From Clostridia bacterium (GTDB lineage: Bacteria > Bacillota > Clostridia > Oscillospirales > CAG-272): a stretch of 64,000 nucleotides of DNA. The stretch covers positions 3,729-67,728 of the forward strand of contig JAFTKJ010000011.1 of assembly GCA_017453305.1 (NCBI GenBank), read 5' to 3'. Below the pieces are notes generated by a model, which made no database searches, had not been told where the DNA came from, and was given only the letters and a program-made list of their open reading frames with translations. Positions 1-8,229 of the stretch are shown piece by piece. The position numbers were made by a program, and so were the translations under genes. The first letter of the stretch is position 1; each line of letters starts with the position of its first letter.

Positions 1-89
1 CCTCGGCTTTTACGTATTTTTGGCGAATTTTTTGAATTTCCTCGTTATCCTTTGCCGAATAGGTGTATTGAAACCCATTCGTATTTTTT

Positions 90-986
90 TCATCCTGCAT
101 TGATGTTTGTTCCCTTCTTGATTTCTTTGATTGCACGCGCCGCGCGTGTAACCATGTAAATTGCCATTCCCAATACAAACAGGCAAACTGCCGCTCCCGT
201 GGCGCAAAGCATCACGGTGCGGAATAGCTCGCTTTCCCCTTGCCCAAAAGAGTTGAGCATAGCCGTTTCCAGCGTCAGCATGGAGACTGACGCCGATGCC
301 AGGCTGATCGCCTTGACGGCAGAGAGCAACGGGCTTTGATATTTGCGGTATTTTATCACGTTGATGATCGCCATGGTCAAAGAGAAGAACGTAAAAGCGG
401 CAATGGCAATGGTCGTAATTTCGTGGTGCACGGAGCCTCGCTTCCAATATACCATAAAAAACACCATCAGCGCCAACGCCAGATCCATCGTCAACAACAC
501 CCAACCGCAAAAACGATACCGCTTCCATTCTCGCAAGGGTGAAAGCCCCACGTCAAAGGATTTGATATCCCGAAGCAAAAAGAAGCGCATAAATGCCAAA
601 GAGGCGTAATACACAGCTAAGGTATAGAACCAGAATGAGCCATGATAAACACCCAACCATGCCTGAAACAGCGCGAACAAAAGGTTGATTCCAAAGGAGG
701 AATACAGCGAAACCTTTGCACGCAACGCAGCGTCGCTCAGATACAAGCGTGCGTATCTGTTTTCACTCTTGAAGCGCTTGATCCATGCAACGATGGCCGG
801 TACGCGCACAGACAAGATGACCAAAGCATAAAACGATATGCCGTAAGATGCGTACACAGCGATCTCGTTTGCGTTGGGATCTGCAAAGGCGTAGATCAAA
901 AGCGCGGCGGCAATCGGCGTCAGCAGCCACAAAAAGATCGGATGCGGAAAAAGCACGCGAAGCATGATTTGCTTAAACCGTTCCAT
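90..986 (-). CDS. Polytopic membrane protein of unknown function (298 aa), last gene of the RR-HK-membrane protein operon
   Basis: The ORF has about 8 hydrophobic helices (e.g. IFLWLLTPIAAALLIYAF, ITTIAIAAFTFFSLTMAIINVI). Its start overlaps the HK stop by 14 nt (973..986). I recognise no family. Confidence 0.6.
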   Translation of the reverse strand: MERFKQIMLRVLFPHPIFLWLLTPIAAALLIYAFADPNANEIAVYASYGISFYALVILSVRVPAIVAWIKRFKSENRYARLYLSDAALRAKVSLYSSFGINLLFALFQAWLGVYHGSFWFYTLAVYYASLAFMRFFLLRDIKSFDVGLSPLREWKRYRFCGWVLLTMDLALALMVFFMVYWKRGSVHHEITTIAIAAFTFFSLTMAIINVIKYRKYQSPLLSAVKAISLASASVSMLTLETAMLNSFGQGESELFRTVMLCATGAAVCLFVLGMAIYMVTRAARAIKEIKKGTNINAG

Positions 987-2055
987 TTTGATCCCTCCTG
1001 ATGCGCACCGTAAAGGTAGTTCCCTTACCCACCTCGCTGTTGACCGAGATCTCGCTTCCCGTAATATCGATCACACGCTTGACAAGAGTCAAACCAAGTC
1101 CGTTGCCCTCGCAGGAATGCGAGGTGTCACCCTGGTAAAACTTTTCAAAGATATGCACGCCCACGTCGGCGGAAATGCCGCAACCGCTATCCGCAACGGA
1201 GACCACCGCATCCTCCCCGTCCGATGCAAGAGTAAGCGAAACGGTTCCCCCATTTTCGGTAAACTTGATCGCATTGGAAAAAAGGTTGTTCCATACCAGT
1301 GTCATCAGCTCCGCATCGGTGGAAACGGTGATCCCGTCCTCGATTGCGCTTTCAATGTTCAGATTCTTTTTCTCCCACGCATCCTCAAACTCCAACAGAC
1401 ACGCGCACAGCTGTTCGCCAAGATCGTAGCTTTCTGCCTTAGGATAAATGCTTTGACTTTCCAGCTTGTTCAAGCGCAGAATGTTTGTGATGAGCGAGGA
1501 AAGCCGTTGCGAAGCGCCGGAAATGGTGCGTACGTACTCGGCACGCTCCTGTGCAGTAATATTCGGGTCTGCCAGCATGGTAGCATAATTACGAATTACC
1601 GCCAAAGGGGTTTTGAGCTCGTGCGAAACGTTGGAAACAAAATCGGTGCGCAAGGTCTCAATCCCTGCAAGCTCCTGCGCCATGCGATTGAAGCAGGTGA
1701 TGATCTCGTTAAAATGCTCGTCGTCTCCAATTCCGCGAATGGGAGCAATGCGCACCGAAAAATCCCCTTGCATCAATCTGTCTGCCGCACGGATGATGCG
1801 ATCGACGTAGCGATCCACCGTCAAGCGGCGGCGGATCCAGTCAAAGAGCGTGATGAGCAGGCTGCAAAACATGACGTTCAAAAAGGTCAGCTTTGCCGCC
1901 TCGCCAAGGTCCTGTGCGGTAAAAGAAACGCCAAGCGTGTGCATCAGTGTTTGCACAAACAGCATCAGACAGCAGGTGATGACAAAAGCAATAATAATAA
2001 AAAATACGACGTAGCGGTTAAAAAACTGCAACACCTTGTTTCCCTTGCGCTTCAT
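973..2055 (-). CDS. Sensor histidine kinase, intramembrane-sensing type (2 TM, ~17-aa outer loop, HAMP, HisKA, HATPase)
   Basis: H-box SHELKTPLAVIRNY. N/G boxes WNNLFSNAIKFT, DSGCGI, GNGLGL. Two N-terminal TM helices are separated only by HTLGVSFTAQDLGEAAK. The ORF overlaps the RR stop by 4 nt. Confidence 0.9.
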   Translation of the reverse strand: MKRKGNKVLQFFNRYVVFFIIIAFVITCCLMLFVQTLMHTLGVSFTAQDLGEAAKLTFLNVMFCSLLITLFDWIRRRLTVDRYVDRIIRAADRLMQGDFSVRIAPIRGIGDDEHFNEIITCFNRMAQELAGIETLRTDFVSNVSHELKTPLAVIRNYATMLADPNITAQERAEYVRTISGASQRLSSLITNILRLNKLESQSIYPKAESYDLGEQLCACLLEFEDAWEKKNLNIESAIEDGITVSTDAELMTLVWNNLFSNAIKFTENGGTVSLTLASDGEDAVVSVADSGCGISADVGVHIFEKFYQGDTSHSCEGNGLGLTLVKRVIDITGSEISVNSEVGKGTTFTVRIRRDQNGTV

Positions 2056-2738
2056 TTCAACACCGCCTTATAGCCCAAGCCGTGCACGGTGACAATTTCA
2101 AACCCGTCAGCTCCACCAATTTTGGCGCGCAGCTTAGTCATATAAACGTCCACCGTACGAGGACCGGAAGCCGTATCCACGTCCCAGAATTCATCCATCA
2201 GCTGGGCGCGCGTAAAGGTCTTTTTGGGATAAGACAGAAGCTTATACAAAAGGCTGAACTCACGCAGAGTCAAGGCGACCTCCTCATCGTTGAGATACGC
2301 CGTATGCTCGTCAATGTCCATGGTAAAATTTCCTACCGTCAAACGGCGGCTGGAGGCGATCTTCGCGCGGCGCAAAAGAGCTCCAATGCGCAAAAACAAC
2401 TCGTCCAGATCCACGGGCTTGACCATATAGTCATCTACGCCCACGCGATAACCGCGTTGCTTAGCGGCAAAATCGTCTCGCGCAGTCATAAAAAGGATCG
2501 GGATCTCCTCGTTCAGCGCACGCACCGTTTTGACAAATTCGAAGCCGTCGACGTTCGGCATCATGATGTCAGAAATGATCAGATCGTACACCGTGTTGTA
2601 CATAGCGTCGTAGGCGTCCTCTGCACACAGGCAGCCGTCCGCCTCGTATCCGCGTTGATTGAGGAACACACAAACCGAGCGATTCAGCGCGGCGTCATCC
2701 TCAACGACCAATATTTTAAACACAGTCATCCCTCCCAT
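2052..2738 (-). CDS. OmpR/PhoB-family response regulator
   Basis: Receiver motifs ILVVEDD, DLIISDIMMP, VKP. C-terminal winged helix (LTLREFSLLYKLL, TVHGLGYK). The true start may be ATG 2738, ATG 2729, or GTG 2723, which lies 7 nt after GGGAGGG. Confidence 0.9.
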   Translation of the reverse strand: MGGMTVFKILVVEDDAALNRSVCVFLNQRGYEADGCLCAEDAYDAMYNTVYDLIISDIMMPNVDGFEFVKTVRALNEEIPILFMTARDDFAAKQRGYRVGVDDYMVKPVDLDELFLRIGALLRRAKIASSRRLTVGNFTMDIDEHTAYLNDEEVALTLREFSLLYKLLSYPKKTFTRAQLMDEFWDVDTASGPRTVDVYMTKLRAKIGGADGFEIVTVHGLGYKAVLK

Positions 2739-2799
2739 TTAGTCTTTTCTGTATTGTATCACACAATTGTTAAAGTTTTGTTTCTGTTGCGCAGTTTTT

Positions 2800-2839
2800 C
2801 AAAAAAGAGTGCGATCCTTTTTACAAAGGACCACACTCT
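2800..2839 (-). terminator. Rho-independent terminator after GH31-A
   Basis: On the minus strand a 15-bp stem (AGAGUGUGGUCCUUU / AAAGGAUCGCACUCU, two G-U pairs) with a 4-nt loop is followed by UUUUUU. Confidence 0.7.
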
Positions 2840-2988
2840 TAAATATCAATCCGCAACCTGCGCATTGTTTTTATTGTATGTCAACCAATAAAGCATCGGT
2901 AAACGAAGGTTCTGATTTGGGGCGGAGGGGATCAGCAGCTCTGCTTCTCCACTCCGCCTCTTTTCATGCTTTGCAAAATCGTGCTTGA

Positions 2989-5403
2989 TTACTTCCAATT
3001 TTTGATTGCGTTCCAGTTGATGCCGCCAAAGGCAGATGCAAGCTCTGCAGCGTCAGCAGAAGCATTGTTCATAAATACGGGAACCTGGCCAAGATTTGCC
3101 GCTACGGTCACGGTCTTACCGCCCTCAACGACCTCGCCCGTCAAAAGATTGGTCCAGGTGTTGCCCGCGGGCAGATAGACCTCTCTTTGGAAGGTCTGCT
3201 CTTCCAGGATGGGTGCAACCAACAACGCATCGCCCAGCATAAACTCATCGTTCAGGCTGTACACGCCGGGATCGTTCGTGTATTTCAGAACGGGATGACG
3301 CACGGGAGGAATGCCCGTTTCGCAGGCGATCTTGGAATACTTTTGAATATACGGGATCAGCTCGGTGTGCAGATTCATGTAGGTGCGGTAAATCTGCTGA
3401 ACCTCCTCGGTCATCTCGTATGCGTGACGGACATCACCGTGCGTTTGCATTTGCGAGAAGAAGGTAGTGAACTCGGTTGCACGAGCGAATATCTCGCTCT
3501 CCTTTTCGCGTCCTATGGTGTGATAATCCTCACCCCAATACTGGTACCCCGCCATGTCAAAGGACATGAACGGAATGCCGGAAAGTCCCGAGTTGACGGT
3601 TGCCATCAGCTGATCGTCCAGCTTGTCAAAGGTACGTCCTTGGTCGCCCGCCCACATGTAGGGGCTACGCTGAGAGCCAATGCCGCCTCCACGGGAGAAT
3701 ACCATAAAGCCGTCCTTTTTGCCGTTCTTTGCCTTGAGCTCGATCATTCTTTTATAGAATGCAGAAATATAGTAGGTAGGATATGCGTGGTGCTCGCCGC
3801 CGATTGCCATCTTGTCGGGATTTGCCCAACGGTAATGCGTCACGGCGCCGCCATAGGAAGCCCCCTCGTTGGGCATCTCCTCACAGAAGTCGATCTTGAC
3901 GCCGTCTGCGCCCATTTCGATCATCTGTCCCCAGATATAGTTAAAGTACCAATCCACCGCCTCGTCGTTGGTAATATCAAGGTAGGTGGTCGTGCGCAAA
4001 GAGCCGTCAGCGGAGCGTCCCACGTCGGGGTTTGCGCCCGTGCCGAGGATCCACGGAATGTGCGGTGTGTTCTCAATTGTTTCAACCGTGCCGTCGGGCT
4101 TTGTATAGGTGACGTCGGCGTGAATGAGATACTCGGGCTTAAAGCCAATGTTTTCAAACTTGACGTCGCCAACGCCGATATAGACCATGGCGTACATACC
4201 GTGGGCGTGCAACCAATCAAAGGATGCCTGCAGGTTTGCTTTATCCTTGCGGCTTGCGTCGCTGTCACAGAAGCAGTTCGCCCAGCCGCGTCCTTCCATG
4301 CTTGCCGCCGCGGGCTTCATATCCGCCTTGATGAAGTTCTCCATAATGGTCTTGGTGCTGTTACCGCCGGGGTTGCCCTTGGGGCCTCTCTTATAGTAGA
4401 TGCCGGCATCGTCGGTGACGTAGGCAAAAACATACTTGTCCCCATCCTTGGTAAAGAACTTGACAGCCTTTGCCAATTCGTCGGCGCTTGCTTCCTTGAC
4501 GGAAACGTACTCCCCGTTGACAGACGTATAGAGCGTTTCCCAATTTGGAATATCCTGCAATGTTTTGTAGGACAAATCCTGATCAAAATTCCAATGGTCG
4601 GGCCAATAGCGGCAGATGTGCATTCCCTGCATCCAAGGAGTGGGCATGTAGGCGTGACCGGAGAGCGCGCTGTAGCCGCCCAGAACGTCCACAACCTTGC
4701 CCGATGCGTAAAAGTAGCAATCCAGGGTGTGCGATTGAATGGAGTACGACCACGCGTTTGCTACGTCCTTACCAAAATCGGCAAAGGCAGGCTCGTAACG
4801 GTTGAAGAACATACCGCCGCCACGGGTGGTGAAAAAGAGCGGAATCGCCACGTAGGTGGTGGAGGAATTGTTCCAGCCATCGCAGGTGTACAGATCCATC
4901 TTGGTGCCGCGCTTGTTGACTACGTCCAAGCGTTCACCGCCGCCATAGATGCCCTCGTCCTCCTCCAAAGTACCGCCAATGATCAGTTCCTCGTTTACAA
5001 GTGCCAACGAGGTGATCTCTGTCGTAACAGCTCCATTCGGTGCTTTAAATTGGATATTCAGTTCTTTTCCGAGAGAGATGCAAGCAGACGAGCCGCAGGG
5101 GCAGGAGAGCGTGATTGCATCATCGGTGATCGCGATGGCGATCTCCTTAGAGCAATCCGTAACCTCCTCGTTCATAAAGGAAGCAAGAGACTGCGATGCA
5201 CCGATCAGATCAAATGCATCGTAGCCTTGATCGTTTGCCTGTAATCTCCAGCCCTTTTTCCCCTCACAGGAGAGGCGAACCGAAATACCGCTGCCCGTAG
5301 TAAAGTAGAGCGCACGGTCATATTTGACAACGTTTTGAACGGACGCGCATTTGCAAACCTCAATTGCGCTTGCGTTGACGTCCTGAAAATTCACTTTTTT
5401 CAT
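2989..5403 (-). CDS. Glycoside hydrolase family 31 paralogue A (cytoplasmic, ~804 aa)
   Basis: GH31-like nucleophile context ADGVKIDFCEE (compare the YicI KTDFGE motif) and acid/base context MWAGDQ. No signal peptide. Start chosen at MKKVNFQD (ATG 5403, GAAAGGAA upstream) by alignment with the paralogues; the ORF is open to 5505. Confidence 0.85.
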   Translation of the reverse strand: MKKVNFQDVNASAIEVCKCASVQNVVKYDRALYFTTGSGISVRLSCEGKKGWRLQANDQGYDAFDLIGASQSLASFMNEEVTDCSKEIAIAITDDAITLSCPCGSSACISLGKELNIQFKAPNGAVTTEITSLALVNEELIIGGTLEEDEGIYGGGERLDVVNKRGTKMDLYTCDGWNNSSTTYVAIPLFFTTRGGGMFFNRYEPAFADFGKDVANAWSYSIQSHTLDCYFYASGKVVDVLGGYSALSGHAYMPTPWMQGMHICRYWPDHWNFDQDLSYKTLQDIPNWETLYTSVNGEYVSVKEASADELAKAVKFFTKDGDKYVFAYVTDDAGIYYKRGPKGNPGGNSTKTIMENFIKADMKPAAASMEGRGWANCFCDSDASRKDKANLQASFDWLHAHGMYAMVYIGVGDVKFENIGFKPEYLIHADVTYTKPDGTVETIENTPHIPWILGTGANPDVGRSADGSLRTTTYLDITNDEAVDWYFNYIWGQMIEMGADGVKIDFCEEMPNEGASYGGAVTHYRWANPDKMAIGGEHHAYPTYYISAFYKRMIELKAKNGKKDGFMVFSRGGGIGSQRSPYMWAGDQGRTFDKLDDQLMATVNSGLSGIPFMSFDMAGYQYWGEDYHTIGREKESEIFARATEFTTFFSQMQTHGDVRHAYEMTEEVQQIYRTYMNLHTELIPYIQKYSKIACETGIPPVRHPVLKYTNDPGVYSLNDEFMLGDALLVAPILEEQTFQREVYLPAGNTWTNLLTGEVVEGGKTVTVAANLGQVPVFMNNASADAAELASAFGGINWNAIKNWK

Positions 5404-5476
5404 GGCTTGAAAGTTCCTTTCAAAAGCAATCAATTTCTCATATTGAGATACGGACAGCTTCCCATCCGTTGCACCC

Positions 5477-5505
5477 ATTTTACCATATTCAAATACGCTT
5501 GTCAA
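5477..5505 (-). promoter_or_regulatory. Sigma-A promoter of GH31-A (TTGACA-17-TAAAAT with TGn extended -10)
   Basis: Minus strand reads TTGACAagcgtatttgaatatggTAAAAT. It lies about 67 nt upstream of ATG 5403. Confidence 0.6.
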
Positions 5506-5543
5506 TACAAATTATAAATTTGCAAGCAAAAAATTCCTTACAC

Positions 5544-5587
5544 AAAAAGAGGGGGTGAAGGAATACGAATCCGCATTTCCTTCACCC
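5544..5587 (-). terminator. Rho-independent terminator after GH31-B
   Basis: On the minus strand an 11-bp stem (GGGUGAAGGAA / UUCCUUCACCC) with a 13-nt loop is followed by CCUCUUUUU. Confidence 0.7.
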
Positions 5588-5601
5588 AATTAAGCTTGTG
5601 T

Positions 5602-8052
5602 TTATTTGTGATTTTTGATTCGATCCCAATTCTCGCCGTCGAAGATGAGCTTCAATTCAGCCACGTCCTCCGACGCATTGTTGAGAAATACGGGAATCTG
5701 ACCAAGGTTCGCCTTTGCAAGCACGGTCTTGCCGCCCTCGATGACCTCGCCCGTGAGCAGATCGGTCCAAGAGCCGGCAGGCAGATATACGCTTCTCTCA
5801 AGCGCGTGATCCTTTAAGATCGGTGCCACCAACAAAGCGTCGCCAAGATAGAATTGATCCTCTACATCATACACAAGTGCATCATCTGCGTGCTGCAGAA
5901 CCATGTGTCTGACAACGGGAACACCCGTTTGACATGCCACGCGGGAGTATTTTTGAATGTACGGCACGAGCTGTTGATGCAGACGTGTGTAATTGCGGTA
6001 GATATCTTGTACCTCGTCGCTCATTTCAAACGCCTGGCGTACGTCACCGTGCGTTTGAATATTGGTGGTAAATGCAGTACATTCCACCGCTCTTGCAAAC
6101 ACTCTGCCCTCCTCTTCGCCCATGTGGAAGTATCCGTCATGCTCCTGATACTGATAGCCTCCCATGTCGTAGGTCATAAACGGTACACCGGAAAGACCGG
6201 AGTTAACGACCGCAAGGTATTGATCTTCGATCTTTTCAAAGGTTCTCGTCTGGTCGCCTGCCCACATATAAGGGTTGCGCTGTGAGCCGATGCCACCACC
6301 GCGTGAGAGCACCATAAAGCCATCGGGCAAGCCGAGCTCCTGCTTCTTTTCCAGCATCTTTTTGTAGAACATGGAAATGAAGTATCCGGGATAAGCGTGG
6401 TGAGGATCACGCTTTCCAAATACGGAGGGATCATGCCACAGATATTCCACCTTGGTACCGTCCTCGTACGTGATCTCCTCCGGAACGAATTCGCAAAAAT
6501 CGATCTTTACGCCGTCAATTCCTATGCGAATGACTTGATCCCAGATATGATTGAAATACCAATCCATAGCCTCGGGATTTGTAACGTCAATGTAGCCTCT
6601 GCGGCTGGAATTTCCAAGGTCGGGATTGCTTCCTCCTTGCACCTGCGGCAGGGCACGGGTGTTCATTTCTACGGTTCCGTCGGCAAAGGTGAGGTTTGCT
6701 CTGACCCAATACTCGTCCTTAATACCGTCCGAACACGGAGAAATTCCGCCGCCAAGTCCCATATATACCATCGCCTTGAGACCACGCTCATGCAAAAAGT
6801 CCACGCATTTTTTGAGCTCTGCAGCCTTTTGATGGCAAAAATCAAGATCGCGCGAAATGTTGCCCCAATCGTATGCCTCCATCAGCATGGCGGTCGGCTT
6901 CATCTCTGCATCAATGAATTTATTGGTCAGATTCTTGACGCCAAGACCACCGGGAGAATACTTGGAACCCGTACGGTAGTAATAGCCGTCTTTTGCAAGA
7001 TAGTAGGCAGCACGGTAGTATTTCCCTTCCCCGCGTGTCAAATAGACAAAATCGTATAAATATTCATACGTATCATCGTTCTCATATACCCCAACCTTGA
7101 CGTAATCGATTTCCCCCGTGGCACGCGTTTTGCGCGCGATCCACAAATGCTTGCAAACCGAATCCGCCTGCTTGGGGATCGGTGCCTCGATCACCTCTTC
7201 AATTGTATGGGGAGTCGTGAATTCGGGCATATCCTCAAACGTTCTCATATCGGGGGCATAGCGGCAAATAATGACGCCCTGTGCCCACTCCGGCGGCAAA
7301 TAGGCGTGTCCCGAAAGCGCAGTGTAGCCAACAAGAGGCGACTTCATGCTACCGTCAGCATAGAAATAGCAATCCAACACGTCATTGGTCAGTGACATAG
7401 ACCACGTATCCGAAACAGCCGCGCCAAAATCCACGTTGATGCGCTCAAAGCGGTTGACAAACACACCACCGCCGCGCGAGGTGAGAAAGAGCGGAATTGC
7501 CATATACGAGGTATCTGCGCGGTTCCAACCGTCACAAATATACAATGGGAACGCCGTGCCGCGCTTGTTGACAACGTCAAAGCGCTCACCACCGCCATAG
7601 ATCGCTTCTCCGTCCTGCAATCCGCCGCAAACGGTCCAGACCTCGTTTGCAAAGGAAAGAGCGGTCAATTCAACCACGCTTTTTTGCGTGGGAGTCAAAA
7701 ACGCCAAGTGGAACTCGGATCCCAAACTCAAACGTGCAACCTCTCCGTTGGCAGATGCCACGGTAATCGCATCTGCCGTTGCGGTAACCTCAATCGGCAA
7801 AGAGCAATCGTGGACCTCCTCCTGCATAAAAAGTGCCAAAGACTGCGATGCACCAAGCACGTCAAACGCTTTGTATCCCGTAGCATTTGCCTGCAATCTC
7901 CAACCGTTGATCCCCTCATAGGACAAGCGAACGCAAAGGCCGTCGGTTGTAAAATAAAGTGATCGCTCATTTTGGATCACATTTTGAACAGATGCATGCC
8001 CTTTGACGGTGATTTCGCCAACTCTTGCATCCTGAAATGACATTTGCTTCAT
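5602..8052 (-). CDS. Glycoside hydrolase family 31 paralogue B (cytoplasmic, ~816 aa, carries an extra ~100-aa insertion)
   Basis: IDGVKIDFCEF and MWAGDQ motifs. The C-terminus ANLGQIPVFLNNASEDVAELKLIFDGENWDRIKNHK is collinear with A and C. Start at MKQMSFQD (8052) or MSFQD (8043) behind GGAAAGGG; the ORF is open to 8136. Confidence 0.85.
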   Translation of the reverse strand: MKQMSFQDARVGEITVKGHASVQNVIQNERSLYFTTDGLCVRLSYEGINGWRLQANATGYKAFDVLGASQSLALFMQEEVHDCSLPIEVTATADAITVASANGEVARLSLGSEFHLAFLTPTQKSVVELTALSFANEVWTVCGGLQDGEAIYGGGERFDVVNKRGTAFPLYICDGWNRADTSYMAIPLFLTSRGGGVFVNRFERINVDFGAAVSDTWSMSLTNDVLDCYFYADGSMKSPLVGYTALSGHAYLPPEWAQGVIICRYAPDMRTFEDMPEFTTPHTIEEVIEAPIPKQADSVCKHLWIARKTRATGEIDYVKVGVYENDDTYEYLYDFVYLTRGEGKYYRAAYYLAKDGYYYRTGSKYSPGGLGVKNLTNKFIDAEMKPTAMLMEAYDWGNISRDLDFCHQKAAELKKCVDFLHERGLKAMVYMGLGGGISPCSDGIKDEYWVRANLTFADGTVEMNTRALPQVQGGSNPDLGNSSRRGYIDVTNPEAMDWYFNHIWDQVIRIGIDGVKIDFCEFVPEEITYEDGTKVEYLWHDPSVFGKRDPHHAYPGYFISMFYKKMLEKKQELGLPDGFMVLSRGGGIGSQRNPYMWAGDQTRTFEKIEDQYLAVVNSGLSGVPFMTYDMGGYQYQEHDGYFHMGEEEGRVFARAVECTAFTTNIQTHGDVRQAFEMSDEVQDIYRNYTRLHQQLVPYIQKYSRVACQTGVPVVRHMVLQHADDALVYDVEDQFYLGDALLVAPILKDHALERSVYLPAGSWTDLLTGEVIEGGKTVLAKANLGQIPVFLNNASEDVAELKLIFDGENWDRIKNHK

Positions 8053-8126
8053 ACCCTTTCCATCTTCTTTCGGAATTGAAATTTCTCGTAGTGAGATTGT
8101 GGTGGAACTATTCCACCTCCACGTAA

Positions 8127-8155
8127 ATTGTAGCATAAAGGAACAAAAAAGTCAA
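8127..8155 (-). promoter_or_regulatory. Sigma-A promoter of GH31-B (TTGACT-17-TACAAT, TGn)
   Basis: Minus strand reads TTGACTtttttgttcctttatgcTACAAT. The ~68-nt leader contains the hairpin GGTGGAAtagTTCCACC. Confidence 0.6.
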
Positions 8156-8163
8156 TACGTTAC

Positions 8164-8201
8164 AAAAAAACGGGTGCCCCAAATTTACATTTGAGACACC
8201 C
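8164..8201 (-). terminator. Probable weak terminator after GH31-C
   Basis: On the minus strand an imperfect stem (GGGUGUC ... GGCACCC) is followed by GUUUUUUU. Confidence 0.4.
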
Positions 8202-8229
8202 ATATTTCATATGGCGCTACAAGCTTTGA

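Noticed and set aside
10-528. A 172-aa minus-strand ORF, and within it a possible 27-aa basic peptide (MKKIRMGFNTPIRQRITRKFKKFAKNT, ATG at 94) downstream of the membrane protein gene.
   Set aside because: The long ORF overlaps the well-supported 298-aa membrane protein in another frame. The 27-aa peptide has only a weak RBS and sits at the window edge, so it cannot be evaluated.
2922-2962. An imperfect GC-rich hairpin (GGCGGAG...CTCCGCC) in the 3' UTR of GH31-A.
   Set aside because: The stem is interrupted and has no T-run in the transcribed (minus) orientation. The downstream hairpin at 2800..2839 is a much better terminator.
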